Below the pieces are notes generated by a model. The model worked only from the letters and a program-made list of their open reading frames with translations, was not told the DNA's origin and did no database searches. A program made the position numbers and the translations under genes. A stretch of 64,000 bases of DNA from an uncultured Bacilli bacterium (GTDB lineage Bacteria; Bacillota_I; Bacilli_A; RF39; UBA660), in the NCBI GenBank assembly GCA_963929435.1, contig CAWVIV010000019.1, positions 21,690 through 85,689 of the forward strand, in the 5' to 3' direction. Positions 46,143-55,450 of this stretch are shown in pieces (position 1 is the first letter of the stretch; each line of letters opens with the position of its first letter).

Positions 46143-47309
46143 ATGATAATATGTACAGAAAAAGATAGGGAATTTGAACAATACAGAGATAAAGTTAAAA
46201 ATAAAAAGGTAATATTTACAATTAAAGAAATTTTTAAAGATTGGTGGTATAAATTTCTAGAAACATATCCTAAACTTAATATTAGAGATGTTGTATTTTC
46301 TAATGTTGAAAGAATGTTAAAATGTAAAACTTGGGATTTAGGTTATGCCGTTTATAAATGTCCTAATTGTGGTGAAGAAAAAATAGTTCCTCATACCTGT
46401 AAATCTCGTCTTTGTTCTTCTTGTGGAAACAAATATAATAAACAAAGAGAATCTTCTATCTTTTCTAAACTATTTAGATGTAAACATCGCCATGTTGTTT
46501 TTACTATTCCAGATGAATTAAGAGTATATTTTAGAGAAGATAGAAAAAGACTTAATTATCTTTTTAAAGCCGCTTCTATTACTGTTAATTCTTGGTTTGA
46601 AAACAAGTACAAAAAGAAAGAGCTTATTCCTGCTTATATTTCTATTCTTCATACTTTTGGCAGAAGTCTTATTTTTAATCCTCATATTCATATGATCTTA
46701 ATGGATGGTGGTATATCTAATAAATGTAAAGAATTTGTTAAAGTTGATTACTTTGCTTATCCATCATTTCGTAAACGATTTATGAAAGTACTTTTGGATT
46801 TATTAGAAGAAGATATTGGTAAAGATGAATTTAGAAAAATTAAAAATAAAATGTATTTTGAACACAAAGATGGTTTCTATGTTTATGCGCCTCCTTCTAA
46901 GTTTAAATCTTATATTGATTTAATTAAATATGCTTGCAGATATGTCGCACGCCCTGTTATGGCTGAATCTAGAATTATTGATTATGATGGTACCTTTGTT
47001 ATCTTTTGGTATCAAAGACATAATGATGATTTAATCGTTATCGAAAAAGTACATGCTTATGAGTTTATTTCTAGAATCATTATCCATATTCCAGATTATA
47101 ATTTTAAACAAATTAGATTTTATGGTGCTTATCATAATTCAACTAAAATAGATATTGAAGTTACAAAAATTATTTCTAAGGAAAAGAAAGAATTCTTTAG
47201 TAAACTTACTTCTTGGCGTACTCTTATTATAACTAATTTTGAAATAGATCCACTTACTTGTCCTATTTGTAATAATATAATGTTATACTATAATAGTATC
47301 TATACTTAA
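46143..47309 (+). CDS. IS91-family transposase, second copy. Likely start is the ATG at 46143, with a GGTGG RBS.
   Basis: CPNCGEEKIVPHTCKSRLCSSCG zinc ribbon, HUH motif NPHIHMILM, YACRY tyrosine pair. About 35-40% identical to copy A by eye. Confidence 0.8.
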   Translation: MIICTEKDREFEQYRDKVKNKKVIFTIKEIFKDWWYKFLETYPKLNIRDVVFSNVERMLKCKTWDLGYAVYKCPNCGEEKIVPHTCKSRLCSSCGNKYNKQRESSIFSKLFRCKHRHVVFTIPDELRVYFREDRKRLNYLFKAASITVNSWFENKYKKKELIPAYISILHTFGRSLIFNPHIHMILMDGGISNKCKEFVKVDYFAYPSFRKRFMKVLLDLLEEDIGKDEFRKIKNKMYFEHKDGFYVYAPPSKFKSYIDLIKYACRYVARPVMAESRIIDYDGTFVIFWYQRHNDDLIVIEKVHAYEFISRIIIHIPDYNFKQIRFYGAYHNSTKIDIEVTKIISKEKKEFFSKLTSWRTLIITNFEIDPLTCPICNNIMLYYNSIYT

Positions 47310-47326
47310 GAAAGGATTATTATAGT

Positions 47327-47557
47327 ATGAAAAATGAAAACAAAGAAATAGAAAAATTATTAAATAGTGCCAAAAATTATTTTGGTAAAGATGAAAAAAT
47401 ATATATTTTCAAATGTAAGAAATGTGGCAAGTTAGATCCTGTTCCTGAGTTTATCGTTAACGAACAGATTGGATTTTTAAAATTTATCAAAAAGAAAGAC
47501 ATTCCTAAAATGGAATGTCCTTACTGCGGTTCTACTATGGAACAAATTAAAATTTAA
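47327..47557 (+). CDS. small zinc-ribbon protein (CxxC…CxxC)
   Basis: FKCKKCGK…MECPYCGS. Lies 17 nt downstream of the transposase stop. Confidence 0.45.
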   Translation: MKNENKEIEKLLNSAKNYFGKDEKIYIFKCKKCGKLDPVPEFIVNEQIGFLKFIKKKDIPKMECPYCGSTMEQIKI

Positions 47558-47644
47558 AGTTTTTGCTTTATTCTTTTTGTCGTGATACCAAATTACATTG
47601 GTATCACTTTTGTTTTGAACGCTTTTAAACGCACTTTCCTTATA

Positions 47645-47669
47645 TATAAAAAAGCCATATACATGGCTT
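47645..47669 (-). terminator. intrinsic terminator after the dac fragment
   Basis: Minus strand AAGCCAU-guau-AUGGCUU followed by UUUUUU. Confidence 0.45.
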
Positions 47670-47717
47670 AAATATAAAGCTTATAATAATACTTTAAAAC
47701 ATAAGGTTTAAAAGTAG

Positions 47718-48308
47718 TTATATTATTATTTCTTCGCTTATAACTAGCGACTGCTTTTTGGTTACTGCCACATCATTAGCACTAGCCATCGATATACCTT
47801 TCATCATATCTTCAACAGTCATTTCTTCTCCTGTTGTTAAATAGATTTGACTTCCTCCCATTCCAGATGCATTTGCACTTGCCATTACTTTATCACTCCA
47901 TTTAATTTTGCCCGCTTCAATTTGTTCCAATATAATAATCTGAGCGACCATTTTAGTCATAGATGCAACTGCTACTTGTTCATCTTTATTTTTTTCAAAG
48001 ATTATCTCTCCTGTAGTAGCATCCATTAAAACACCGGCAGTAGCATTAGGTATAAGTGAGGTATCAGTTGTATTATCATTATTTGTATTTTCTTTATTCG
48101 TATCAGTATTTTCAGTAGTAGTATTCTCATCATTTAGAGTGTCATTTTCTTTATCATTAGTATTATATTCTTTATTATTAGACTCTTCATTAGTAGTAGA
48201 TTCATCTGTTTCTGCAATGTTTTCCTCTTTATTATCAACTTCTTCTGCTTTTACATAACATGGTATTAAAAGAATAGATAACATAAGTAATAGAATTACC
48301 TTTTTCAT
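47718..48308 (-). pseudogene. dac: D-alanyl-D-alanine carboxypeptidase (S11, PBP5/DacF-like), N-terminal fragment. It loses similarity after the SxN motif, with the SxxK region retained and the KTG region missing.
   Basis: Signal peptide, Asn/Thr/Glu-rich low-complexity spacer, then TAGVLMDATTGEIIFEKN…ASMTKM (SxxK) …SANDVAV (SxN), then an abrupt stop. Full-length enzymes are about 380-450 aa. Confidence 0.5.
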
Positions 48309-48362
48309 TAAATCAACTCCTAATAAAAGCTATGCTATCTTTCTTTAAATATGATTATCTAA

Positions 48363-49730
48363 TTATTCATTAATACAAAATACTGCATATAAAGGTATAG
48401 ATTTTATATTATTTTCAAAACCAAAATTCTTAGTTGAAATTCTAATACTATATTTAGGATTATATTTTTTAATATATTCATTTAAACTTTTACTATTTGT
48501 TCTTCTTCCACTTTTTACTTCTATTGGAATAATATCACCATCTATCTTTATTAAAAAGTCTATTTCATATTTACTAAAAGTATAATAATAAAGTTCTCTA
48601 AACTTAGTATATAATTCACATGCAACATAGTTTTCTGTTAATACACCTTTATACATCTCATTTTTATCTAATAATATTTCAGTATAATCTATATTAGATA
48701 AAGACCTTAACAAACCTGTATCACTTAAATATATTTTAAATTTATCATTATTAACAAATGCTTTTAATGGAGATTCATTTTTCTCAGTTAAATCACATTT
48801 TAAAATCATATTACTTGCAAGCAACCAATCTAGGCTACTCTCATATCTTATTTTTCTAGCATCTTTATCAACTATACTATATTTAAAATTATTATTTTCT
48901 CTTGCTAATTCTTTAGGTATAGCATTATATATTTTACTATTTTTAATGCCCTCTGTATTATCAGTATATTTATTCATATCGGCAAGATAATTTGTAATAA
49001 TATAGTCTTGTAATTCAAAATCAACATTAGCAATATTCAAATCATTTTCTATAAAATTTTCTATTACTTTAGGCATACCACCAAGTATTAAATATTTTTT
49101 ATATAAATCAAGAGCTTTTTCATGAATAGAATCAAGTACTTTTTCATTACTATTATAATGTTTTCTGATTTCTTCTATTAACTTATCTTCACCAAGAGCC
49201 ATTAAATATTCTTCAAAATCCATTGGAAATAAATATTTAGTAACTACTTTACCCACTGGAAAGGATGACTTAAATCTATTAATTTTAACACCAAGTAAAG
49301 AACCTGCTGTAACTATTTTATATGGTTTATTACTTTCGCAAAAGTATTTCAAAGAAGTTATCGCTCTTTCACTAGTTTGTATTTCATCTAAAAAAATAAT
49401 TGTACTGTCTGGATTAAAATTAACTTTTCTTAATATTTGTATTTTCTCTATAATTTTTTCCGGATCAAGTGTTGCATCAAATATTTCTCTTATATCTTCT
49501 TCTTTTTCTAAATTAATATAAATATAATTTTCAAAATTTGTTTTACAAAATTCTTCAAGTATATATGTTTTACCTGTCTGTCTCGCTCCAATTAACATAA
49601 GTGGCATTTTAAAATCTTTTTTCCACTCTAATAAATCGTTCTCAATTTTTCTATACATAATATCATCTCCTACTTCAATTTTACCATTTTTCGTACAAAA
49701 AGTACATATTTTATACTTTTTTTCGTACAT
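48363..49730 (-). CDS. AAA+ ATPase with DUF4143 (COG1373-type)
   Basis: Walker A IGARQTGKTYIL, Walker B IIFLDEIQ. 455 aa. Confidence 0.7.
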   Translation of the reverse strand: MYEKKYKICTFCTKNGKIEVGDDIMYRKIENDLLEWKKDFKMPLMLIGARQTGKTYILEEFCKTNFENYIYINLEKEEDIREIFDATLDPEKIIEKIQILRKVNFNPDSTIIFLDEIQTSERAITSLKYFCESNKPYKIVTAGSLLGVKINRFKSSFPVGKVVTKYLFPMDFEEYLMALGEDKLIEEIRKHYNSNEKVLDSIHEKALDLYKKYLILGGMPKVIENFIENDLNIANVDFELQDYIITNYLADMNKYTDNTEGIKNSKIYNAIPKELARENNNFKYSIVDKDARKIRYESSLDWLLASNMILKCDLTEKNESPLKAFVNNDKFKIYLSDTGLLRSLSNIDYTEILLDKNEMYKGVLTENYVACELYTKFRELYYYTFSKYEIDFLIKIDGDIIPIEVKSGRRTNSKSLNEYIKKYNPKYSIRISTKNFGFENNIKSIPLYAVFCINE

Positions 49731-49815
49731 TTTGTACTTTTTTTGCTATATAAAATTTATTATATATATGATATCATGGTATTAATAAAGGTTAAATGTA
49801 ATAAAATTAAGTAAG

Positions 49816-50697
49816 GTGTTGTTAATGAAAAAGATTATTATTATTTTAAGTAGTATTATTGTTGTTATCTTTATTATTCTTATGGTTTTCTTATTTAATA
49901 CTAATAGTAAAGATAAAGATATTGATAATGTTAAAGATAATGAATCTACAGAAAAAGTTAAAGAAAAAGAAGATAATGAATTTAGCAAGTTATCTTATTA
50001 TAAGGAAGAAAATCTTGACAGATATAAATCTTACGAAACTAATAATCCTAATCTTTCTATAGAAGATATCGTTACAAGAGTTAATTTAAATTTAGATAAA
50101 GAAATATATACTGATACTAGGCCTTCTACTAATTTAAATACTAACTACTTACTTGTTAATAAGTTTAATTACTTAGATAGCAATTATATTCCAGAAAATC
50201 TGGAACTACTTGATAATAGTTATGCTAAAAGTGGCATTTATCTAGTTAAGGAAGCGAAAGATAATATTGAAAAATTAATAAGTGATGCCAAAAATGATGG
50301 TATGAATATTAGAGTAATCTCTGCTTATAGGTCTTATTCATATCAAGAAAACTTATATAATAATTATGTTAAAAATGATGGTGTAGAAAATGCTGATACC
50401 TACTCTGCTAGGCCAGGATATTCTGAACATCAAACAGGATTAGTTGTTGATGTAACAAGAGCATTTGATGACTTTAATAATTTTGAGAATACTAATGAAT
50501 ATAACTGGATGTTAGAAAATGCTCATAACTATGGATTTATCTTAAGATATCCTAAAGATAAAGAAGATATTACTACTTATAGTTTTGAAGCTTGGCATTA
50601 TCGCTATGTAGGTGTAGAACTTGCACAAAAAATAAAGGCTAGCAACCTAACCTTTGATGAATATTATGTAAGATATTTAGAAAGTGACAATAATTAA
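49816..50697 (+). CDS. VanY-like D,D-carboxypeptidase (M15B peptidase), membrane-anchored
   Basis: SAYRSYSYQ…GYSEHQTGLVVDV…EAWHYRYVG are the M15 zinc-binding motifs (H-x6-D, E-x-W-H). N-terminal TM. Followed by terminator CCACCUAA…UUAGGUGG plus a U-tract at 50826-50875. Confidence 0.75.
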   Translation: MLLMKKIIIILSSIIVVIFIILMVFLFNTNSKDKDIDNVKDNESTEKVKEKEDNEFSKLSYYKEENLDRYKSYETNNPNLSIEDIVTRVNLNLDKEIYTDTRPSTNLNTNYLLVNKFNYLDSNYIPENLELLDNSYAKSGIYLVKEAKDNIEKLISDAKNDGMNIRVISAYRSYSYQENLYNNYVKNDGVENADTYSARPGYSEHQTGLVVDVTRAFDDFNNFENTNEYNWMLENAHNYGFILRYPKDKEDITTYSFEAWHYRYVGVELAQKIKASNLTFDEYYVRYLESDNN

Positions 50698-50953
50698 TAT
50701 AAAATCATCTAAGCACTTGCATAAAAGTTACTTATGTGATAAGATGTATATGTAAGAAAAAATTTCATACACTATAAAAGGAACACTTAATATTGCTGTG
50801 TTGAGTGTGCCTCTAATTAATTGTTTTTTATTAGAACCACCTAAACATCGCTTAAGTTAGGTGGATTCTTCTATTTTAAGGTGCAAATAACACAAGAGAA
50901 AAAGTAATAAAAAAGTTAAGAATTTTCGTAATAATAACACTAATGTAAATATA

Positions 50954-51862
50954 CTAACTTTTCATAAAATATAAATTAAATTTTTGTAATTCTTGTTTAA
51001 CCCATTTTATATCTTTACATTCAATGGCTTGATTAATTAAGTATATAAATTGATAAATAAATATTCTATCATCTGTGAACTTATTGGCAAATAATTCTTT
51101 ATAGTTTGCTCTAAATATTTGATAAATGTTTTTATATTCGCTATCAATAATATTTTCTTCATCTTCTTCATTAGCAAACTTGCTAGGATTTTCACACATG
51201 GTTTTAAAAATCATCATATCATAATCAAGTGATGTAATAATTGTTCTATCAAAATCTATTAAATAAAGTTTTTCTCCATCATATATAACATTATCAAAAT
51301 GTAAATCGTTATAAACTAATCCAATTTTAATATCACAAAATAATTTATCAAAAGACTTGTTTAATATATCTTGCAAACATTTTACATTTAAATTTAACTT
51401 TTGTAATTTTTCTATTATTTTTAATAGTTCGTTTTTTATATGTTTTCTAAAAGAAGTAGCGTTGTAGCCTGTTAAAAAATCTCCATTTATTTGATGAAAT
51501 GATTTTATTATTTTAGCAATTTCAATAATTATATTTGTTCTTTCTTTTTCTGATAAAGTATGCCATATTGAATATAGACTTTTACCATTTATTTTTGTAA
51601 TTATTAGATATTTGTAATCATTATAGTTTCCACTGGCTATATATTTTGGAATATAAGATAAATCCAAATTTTTATATATTGTTATTTCTTTTTCCAATTT
51701 TTCTTTTATATTTTCATCATTAGAAAACTTAATAACATAACAATTATCTATAAAATACACATTATTAGTAAATCCTGATTTTGATTTAGTTAAGCTAGAA
51801 TAGCTAATATCACATTTTTTTAATATTTCTTTAATAATATCATTTTGCATTATCATTACCAT
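50954..51862 (-). CDS. phosphotransferase-family protein (APH / choline-kinase fold). Substrate unknown.
   Basis: Brenner motif YNDLHFDNVIY and the Mg-binding IDFDR. Confidence 0.6.
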   Translation of the reverse strand: MVMIMQNDIIKEILKKCDISYSSLTKSKSGFTNNVYFIDNCYVIKFSNDENIKEKLEKEITIYKNLDLSYIPKYIASGNYNDYKYLIITKINGKSLYSIWHTLSEKERTNIIIEIAKIIKSFHQINGDFLTGYNATSFRKHIKNELLKIIEKLQKLNLNVKCLQDILNKSFDKLFCDIKIGLVYNDLHFDNVIYDGEKLYLIDFDRTIITSLDYDMMIFKTMCENPSKFANEEDEENIIDSEYKNIYQIFRANYKELFANKFTDDRIFIYQFIYLINQAIECKDIKWVKQELQKFNLYFMKS

Positions 51863-51997
51863 CTTTCAACTTTTTATTTCTAAATATCAAACTTTCAAAA
51901 GTTTTTTTAATACTTCTTTTGATTATTTCTATTACTTTCATAATTTATTATCTTCTTTTTGATTACTATAATATCAGAAGAAAAAAGAAAAGACAAC

Positions 51998-52870
51998 TTA
52001 CTTTTCTTTCTTTAAAGCTTCCTCTATATCATTTTTATTAAGTCTTAATGTCTCTTGTATTACTCCTGTAGCATTAAAACACATACCAAGGGTAAAGATA
52101 TAAGCTAGGATATAGACCCAGATTAATAGTACTAAAATATTAGACATCGCTCCATAAAAGACGTTATAGTTGGCAAAATAATCTACATAAAAGGCATATA
52201 TTTTAGAACTTATCAACCACATAATTGTTGTAAACAAAGCCCCTGGTATTGTACTTCTACTACTTATCTTTGTATCTGGGGCAATTGTATATAGTAGTTT
52301 TAAATTATAATATATTAAGAATAATGAAATAGGATATTCCAAAATGCGATAGGTATTTTCAACTAAACCTGTTAAACTATCACTATGAATAGAAGTAGTT
52401 ATTATCTTTATCAAGACATCTCCAAAAGCTGGTACTAATATCAAGAATAGAAATAGTACTACTAATATCAAAGTCATAAGTACAGCTTTTGCTCTTCTTC
52501 TTAACTCACTACTATCTTTAACTTTATATATTTCATTAGAGGTATTAATTATTGAATATGTTCCATTACTTGCTAGGATAAAAGCAGCGAAAAAGAATAT
52601 TATCATATTAAAGTTTACTATGTTGCTGTTATTTCCAGTTGGAATTAAATAATTAATAACTCCACTAGGTACAAAAGACTCTAATATTTCTTTAATACTT
52701 GTAGAAGGTAAATTAAATTCACTACCAATGGCTCCTACTAAAGCGATTAAAGGGATAATTGAAATAACAAGAAAAAAAGCAAGCTGACCGGGAAGAATTC
52801 TCATTTCTGGTAGTTTAATTATTGAAATAACTTTTCTTAAAAATATTTTCATTTTCCTACTTTTTTTCAT
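51998..52870 (-). CDS. YihY / BrkB-family membrane protein
   Basis: 290 aa, 6 TM. N-terminus LPGQLAFFLVISIIPLIALVGAIGSEF is typical of YihY. Confidence 0.65.
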   Translation of the reverse strand: MKKSRKMKIFLRKVISIIKLPEMRILPGQLAFFLVISIIPLIALVGAIGSEFNLPSTSIKEILESFVPSGVINYLIPTGNNSNIVNFNMIIFFFAAFILASNGTYSIINTSNEIYKVKDSSELRRRAKAVLMTLILVVLFLFLILVPAFGDVLIKIITTSIHSDSLTGLVENTYRILEYPISLFLIYYNLKLLYTIAPDTKISSRSTIPGALFTTIMWLISSKIYAFYVDYFANYNVFYGAMSNILVLLIWVYILAYIFTLGMCFNATGVIQETLRLNKNDIEEALKKEK

Positions 52871-52879
52871 TATTCTCTC

Positions 52880-54934
52880 CTACTTTAATCCTTGCTTTTT
52901 CGTCATCATTTCAAGTGTTGCTTCATTAATAGCATCATCTAGTGTCTTAATGTCATCTAAAATCATACTATATCCTACACTTGCTCCAAAGTCATGTGGT
53001 AAACTCTTCATTTCTTTTTCTAGTTTTTTAGCATATGTCTCTACTTGTCTTTCACTATAACCTACTAAGTAAACTAAGAATTCATTACCATCTGTTCTAA
53101 TTATTTCACTGTTTTCTAACTGCGTATTAACTAGGGTTGATGCTGCAGTTACAATTAATTTATCTCCTTCTTCATGTCCATAGTTATCATTAACATATTT
53201 AACATTATTTAAGTCAATTATAACTACGGCTTGTGGGAACACTTTACTAGCTTCCCAATCAGGAGCTTTCTTATTTAAGTAGTTTCTATTCTTTAGTGAT
53301 GTTAAAAGGTCTGTATATTTATGTCTATCTTCCTTCTTAACTTTCTTTATCTTATGTCTACGTTTAAAGTATAGATAAAGAAATGCTAAAGCGATTAAAG
53401 GAACAGAAACTATTATTAAGATAATTAAGAATAAGCCCATAAAACTACTTCTTTCAACTATAGACCTACTAATATCGGCTAGTCCATTATTCCTATAGTT
53501 ATAATAAGAATTAGTTGTAATGATATAGTTAAATAAGTTATAGAATGTATTGTTATTATTCTTAACCATAAACTTATAATCATTCATCATCGTATCTTGA
53601 TATAAGACATCATAATCTTCAAAAGTTGTATTCTTATAAAGATTATAGACTTCTTTATCTACTACTAACATCTTATCATTAGCATTTTTAACTAAATCAT
53701 TGTTATTATCATAGGTTGTTATATCACTTCTACTATTATTTTCAAAGTAATTATATAAAGAAGTATTATCTAACATGGCAATTTTTTCATCTTTTAAGCT
53801 TTCAAAAGAATTAACAACATGATTATCACTTCTTCTACCTAATACAACATAATCTTCTATGAATGTTGAAATAGTCTCTTTATAATCATCATTAACATTA
53901 TTAAAATTATAATAATCAAAGTAAATATCTACATCGCCTTTTTCTATCGCTTTTCTCAAGGCTTCAATACTTCCATATTTCTTATAAGAGAAACTTATAT
54001 CAGTAAGACGACTCATTCTTTTTAAGTATTCTCCAGCGATACCAGAGACATCTCCATCTACATCAACTTCATATGGATAGTTTTCTACATAACCATAAAC
54101 ATAGTTTTTCTTAACTAAATCTGTAGAGTCTTTAGAACTTACATTATTCTCTGTTATATAGTAATTAAAATAAACGTCATTATATTCATCTACATAATTA
54201 TCAGTTTTCCACTTTTCAAAGTATTTTCTAATAATTGTATTAAGTCTAGCATTAGATTTATCACTACTTAAAGTTAAAACTATTTTTTTAGACATTTCTG
54301 TAAAGTAATAGTTTATATAGTAACTATTATTTTCAATAGTCTTATCTAAGTACATTATATTAGGTATTATAATCATACCTACTTCATCATTATCTAAAGC
54401 TTGAAATAACTCATCTATTGTGTCATATGATTTAAAGGCAAGATTAGTTCCTGTTTTTAAATAATAACTAATCTCGGCTACATCAGAATTAAAAACACCA
54501 AAGGTAATATTAGACATATCACTTACTCTATTAATTCTTCTATATTCTTTACCAATAGCGATATAACCATCTGTGGCAATTAATAAATCATTATTAGATA
54601 ATTCATCTTCATTGTTTAAGATTCTAAAACTATAAGCTTTATTTTTTTCTAAGTCATCATTTTTAGAATAAGCTATTTTATTGAATTCTAAACCAACATT
54701 TTTCTCAAAATCATCTAAGAAATTAAAGAATACTCCTTCCCCATTAAGACCATATAAGGGATAATCATTGATAACATTAATATCAATCATTGTTGTACTG
54801 TTTTCTAGGGCCCATTTCTTTTCATTGACAGTTAAAGAAGTTTTAGCATCTTCTCTATTATAATAGAAAAAGACACCTACAAATACAATTACTACAACTA
54901 AAAGAGGAAGAATGATTAGTAATTTTTTCTTCAT
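52880..54934 (-). CDS. membrane sensor protein with a large extracytoplasmic domain and a C-terminal degenerate GGDEF domain
   Basis: Two TM segments flank a roughly 480-aa extracellular region. The C-terminal GGDEF fold reads RTDGNEF at the active-site position instead of RxGGDEF. Confidence 0.6.
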   Translation of the reverse strand: MKKKLLIILPLLVVVIVFVGVFFYYNREDAKTSLTVNEKKWALENSTTMIDINVINDYPLYGLNGEGVFFNFLDDFEKNVGLEFNKIAYSKNDDLEKNKAYSFRILNNEDELSNNDLLIATDGYIAIGKEYRRINRVSDMSNITFGVFNSDVAEISYYLKTGTNLAFKSYDTIDELFQALDNDEVGMIIIPNIMYLDKTIENNSYYINYYFTEMSKKIVLTLSSDKSNARLNTIIRKYFEKWKTDNYVDEYNDVYFNYYITENNVSSKDSTDLVKKNYVYGYVENYPYEVDVDGDVSGIAGEYLKRMSRLTDISFSYKKYGSIEALRKAIEKGDVDIYFDYYNFNNVNDDYKETISTFIEDYVVLGRRSDNHVVNSFESLKDEKIAMLDNTSLYNYFENNSRSDITTYDNNNDLVKNANDKMLVVDKEVYNLYKNTTFEDYDVLYQDTMMNDYKFMVKNNNNTFYNLFNYIITTNSYYNYRNNGLADISRSIVERSSFMGLFLIILIIVSVPLIALAFLYLYFKRRHKIKKVKKEDRHKYTDLLTSLKNRNYLNKKAPDWEASKVFPQAVVIIDLNNVKYVNDNYGHEEGDKLIVTAASTLVNTQLENSEIIRTDGNEFLVYLVGYSERQVETYAKKLEKEMKSLPHDFGASVGYSMILDDIKTLDDAINEATLEMMTKKQGLK

Positions 54935-54942
54935 AATTCCTC

Positions 54943-55407
54943 CTATCTATCTTTAGTCCATGAAAATTCATCTTTATCTTGATGTTTGTATCCTATAATA
55001 GGAAATCTTGTATCATCATTATCTTTACTTATAAATACTTGAATATCATAAAATGATGTTTGGTCTTTTTTTAGATTATCAATAACAGATGAAGTTAAAG
55101 CTTTAGCAGGGTCTAGTTCTACATCATCATTAACAGTAATAAGAACATTTAAAGTACGTCCCTTTATATCAGTATCAGCACTTTTTACTTCATCTTTATC
55201 TTCTAAAGATTTAATAATGTCCTTTTGTTGTTTATCTGTTATTTCTACTTTTTCTATACCATCAAGTCTATCTCCATAGATAGCAGTTCCTTCATTTGGA
55301 AAGAAGGTTAATTTGATAGCAAAAACTAAAACTACAAAGATTACACAGATAATAAAAGCAACTACGGTAACCTTATTATTTTTAATAAAATTCTTCACAT
55401 TTATCAC
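54943..55407 (-). CDS. hypothetical membrane-anchored protein
   Basis: 154 aa, N-terminal TM, no family recognised. Confidence 0.4.
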   Translation of the reverse strand: MINVKNFIKNNKVTVVAFIICVIFVVLVFAIKLTFFPNEGTAIYGDRLDGIEKVEITDKQQKDIIKSLEDKDEVKSADTDIKGRTLNVLITVNDDVELDPAKALTSSVIDNLKKDQTSFYDIQVFISKDNDDTRFPIIGYKHQDKDEFSWTKDR

Positions 55408-55450
55408 TTCCTAGTATAATTATTATATAATATTATTTAAAGTATAGCAA

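Larger units (their letters stand above)
46105..47620 (+). mobile_element. IS91-family insertion sequence, copy B, in tandem with and diverged from copy A. Boundaries are approximate.
   Basis: A second transposase plus zinc-ribbon pair. The 3' hairpin GTGATACCA-aattacatt-TGGTATCAC + T-run lies at 47592-47628. Confidence 0.45.

Noticed and set aside
50954-51862. Calling the phosphotransferase an aminoglycoside (APH) or macrolide (MPH) resistance gene
   Set aside because: Only the generic kinase-fold motifs (HxDxxxxN, DFD) are recognisable. The gene sits in the chromosomal part next to housekeeping genes. Substrate cannot be inferred by eye.
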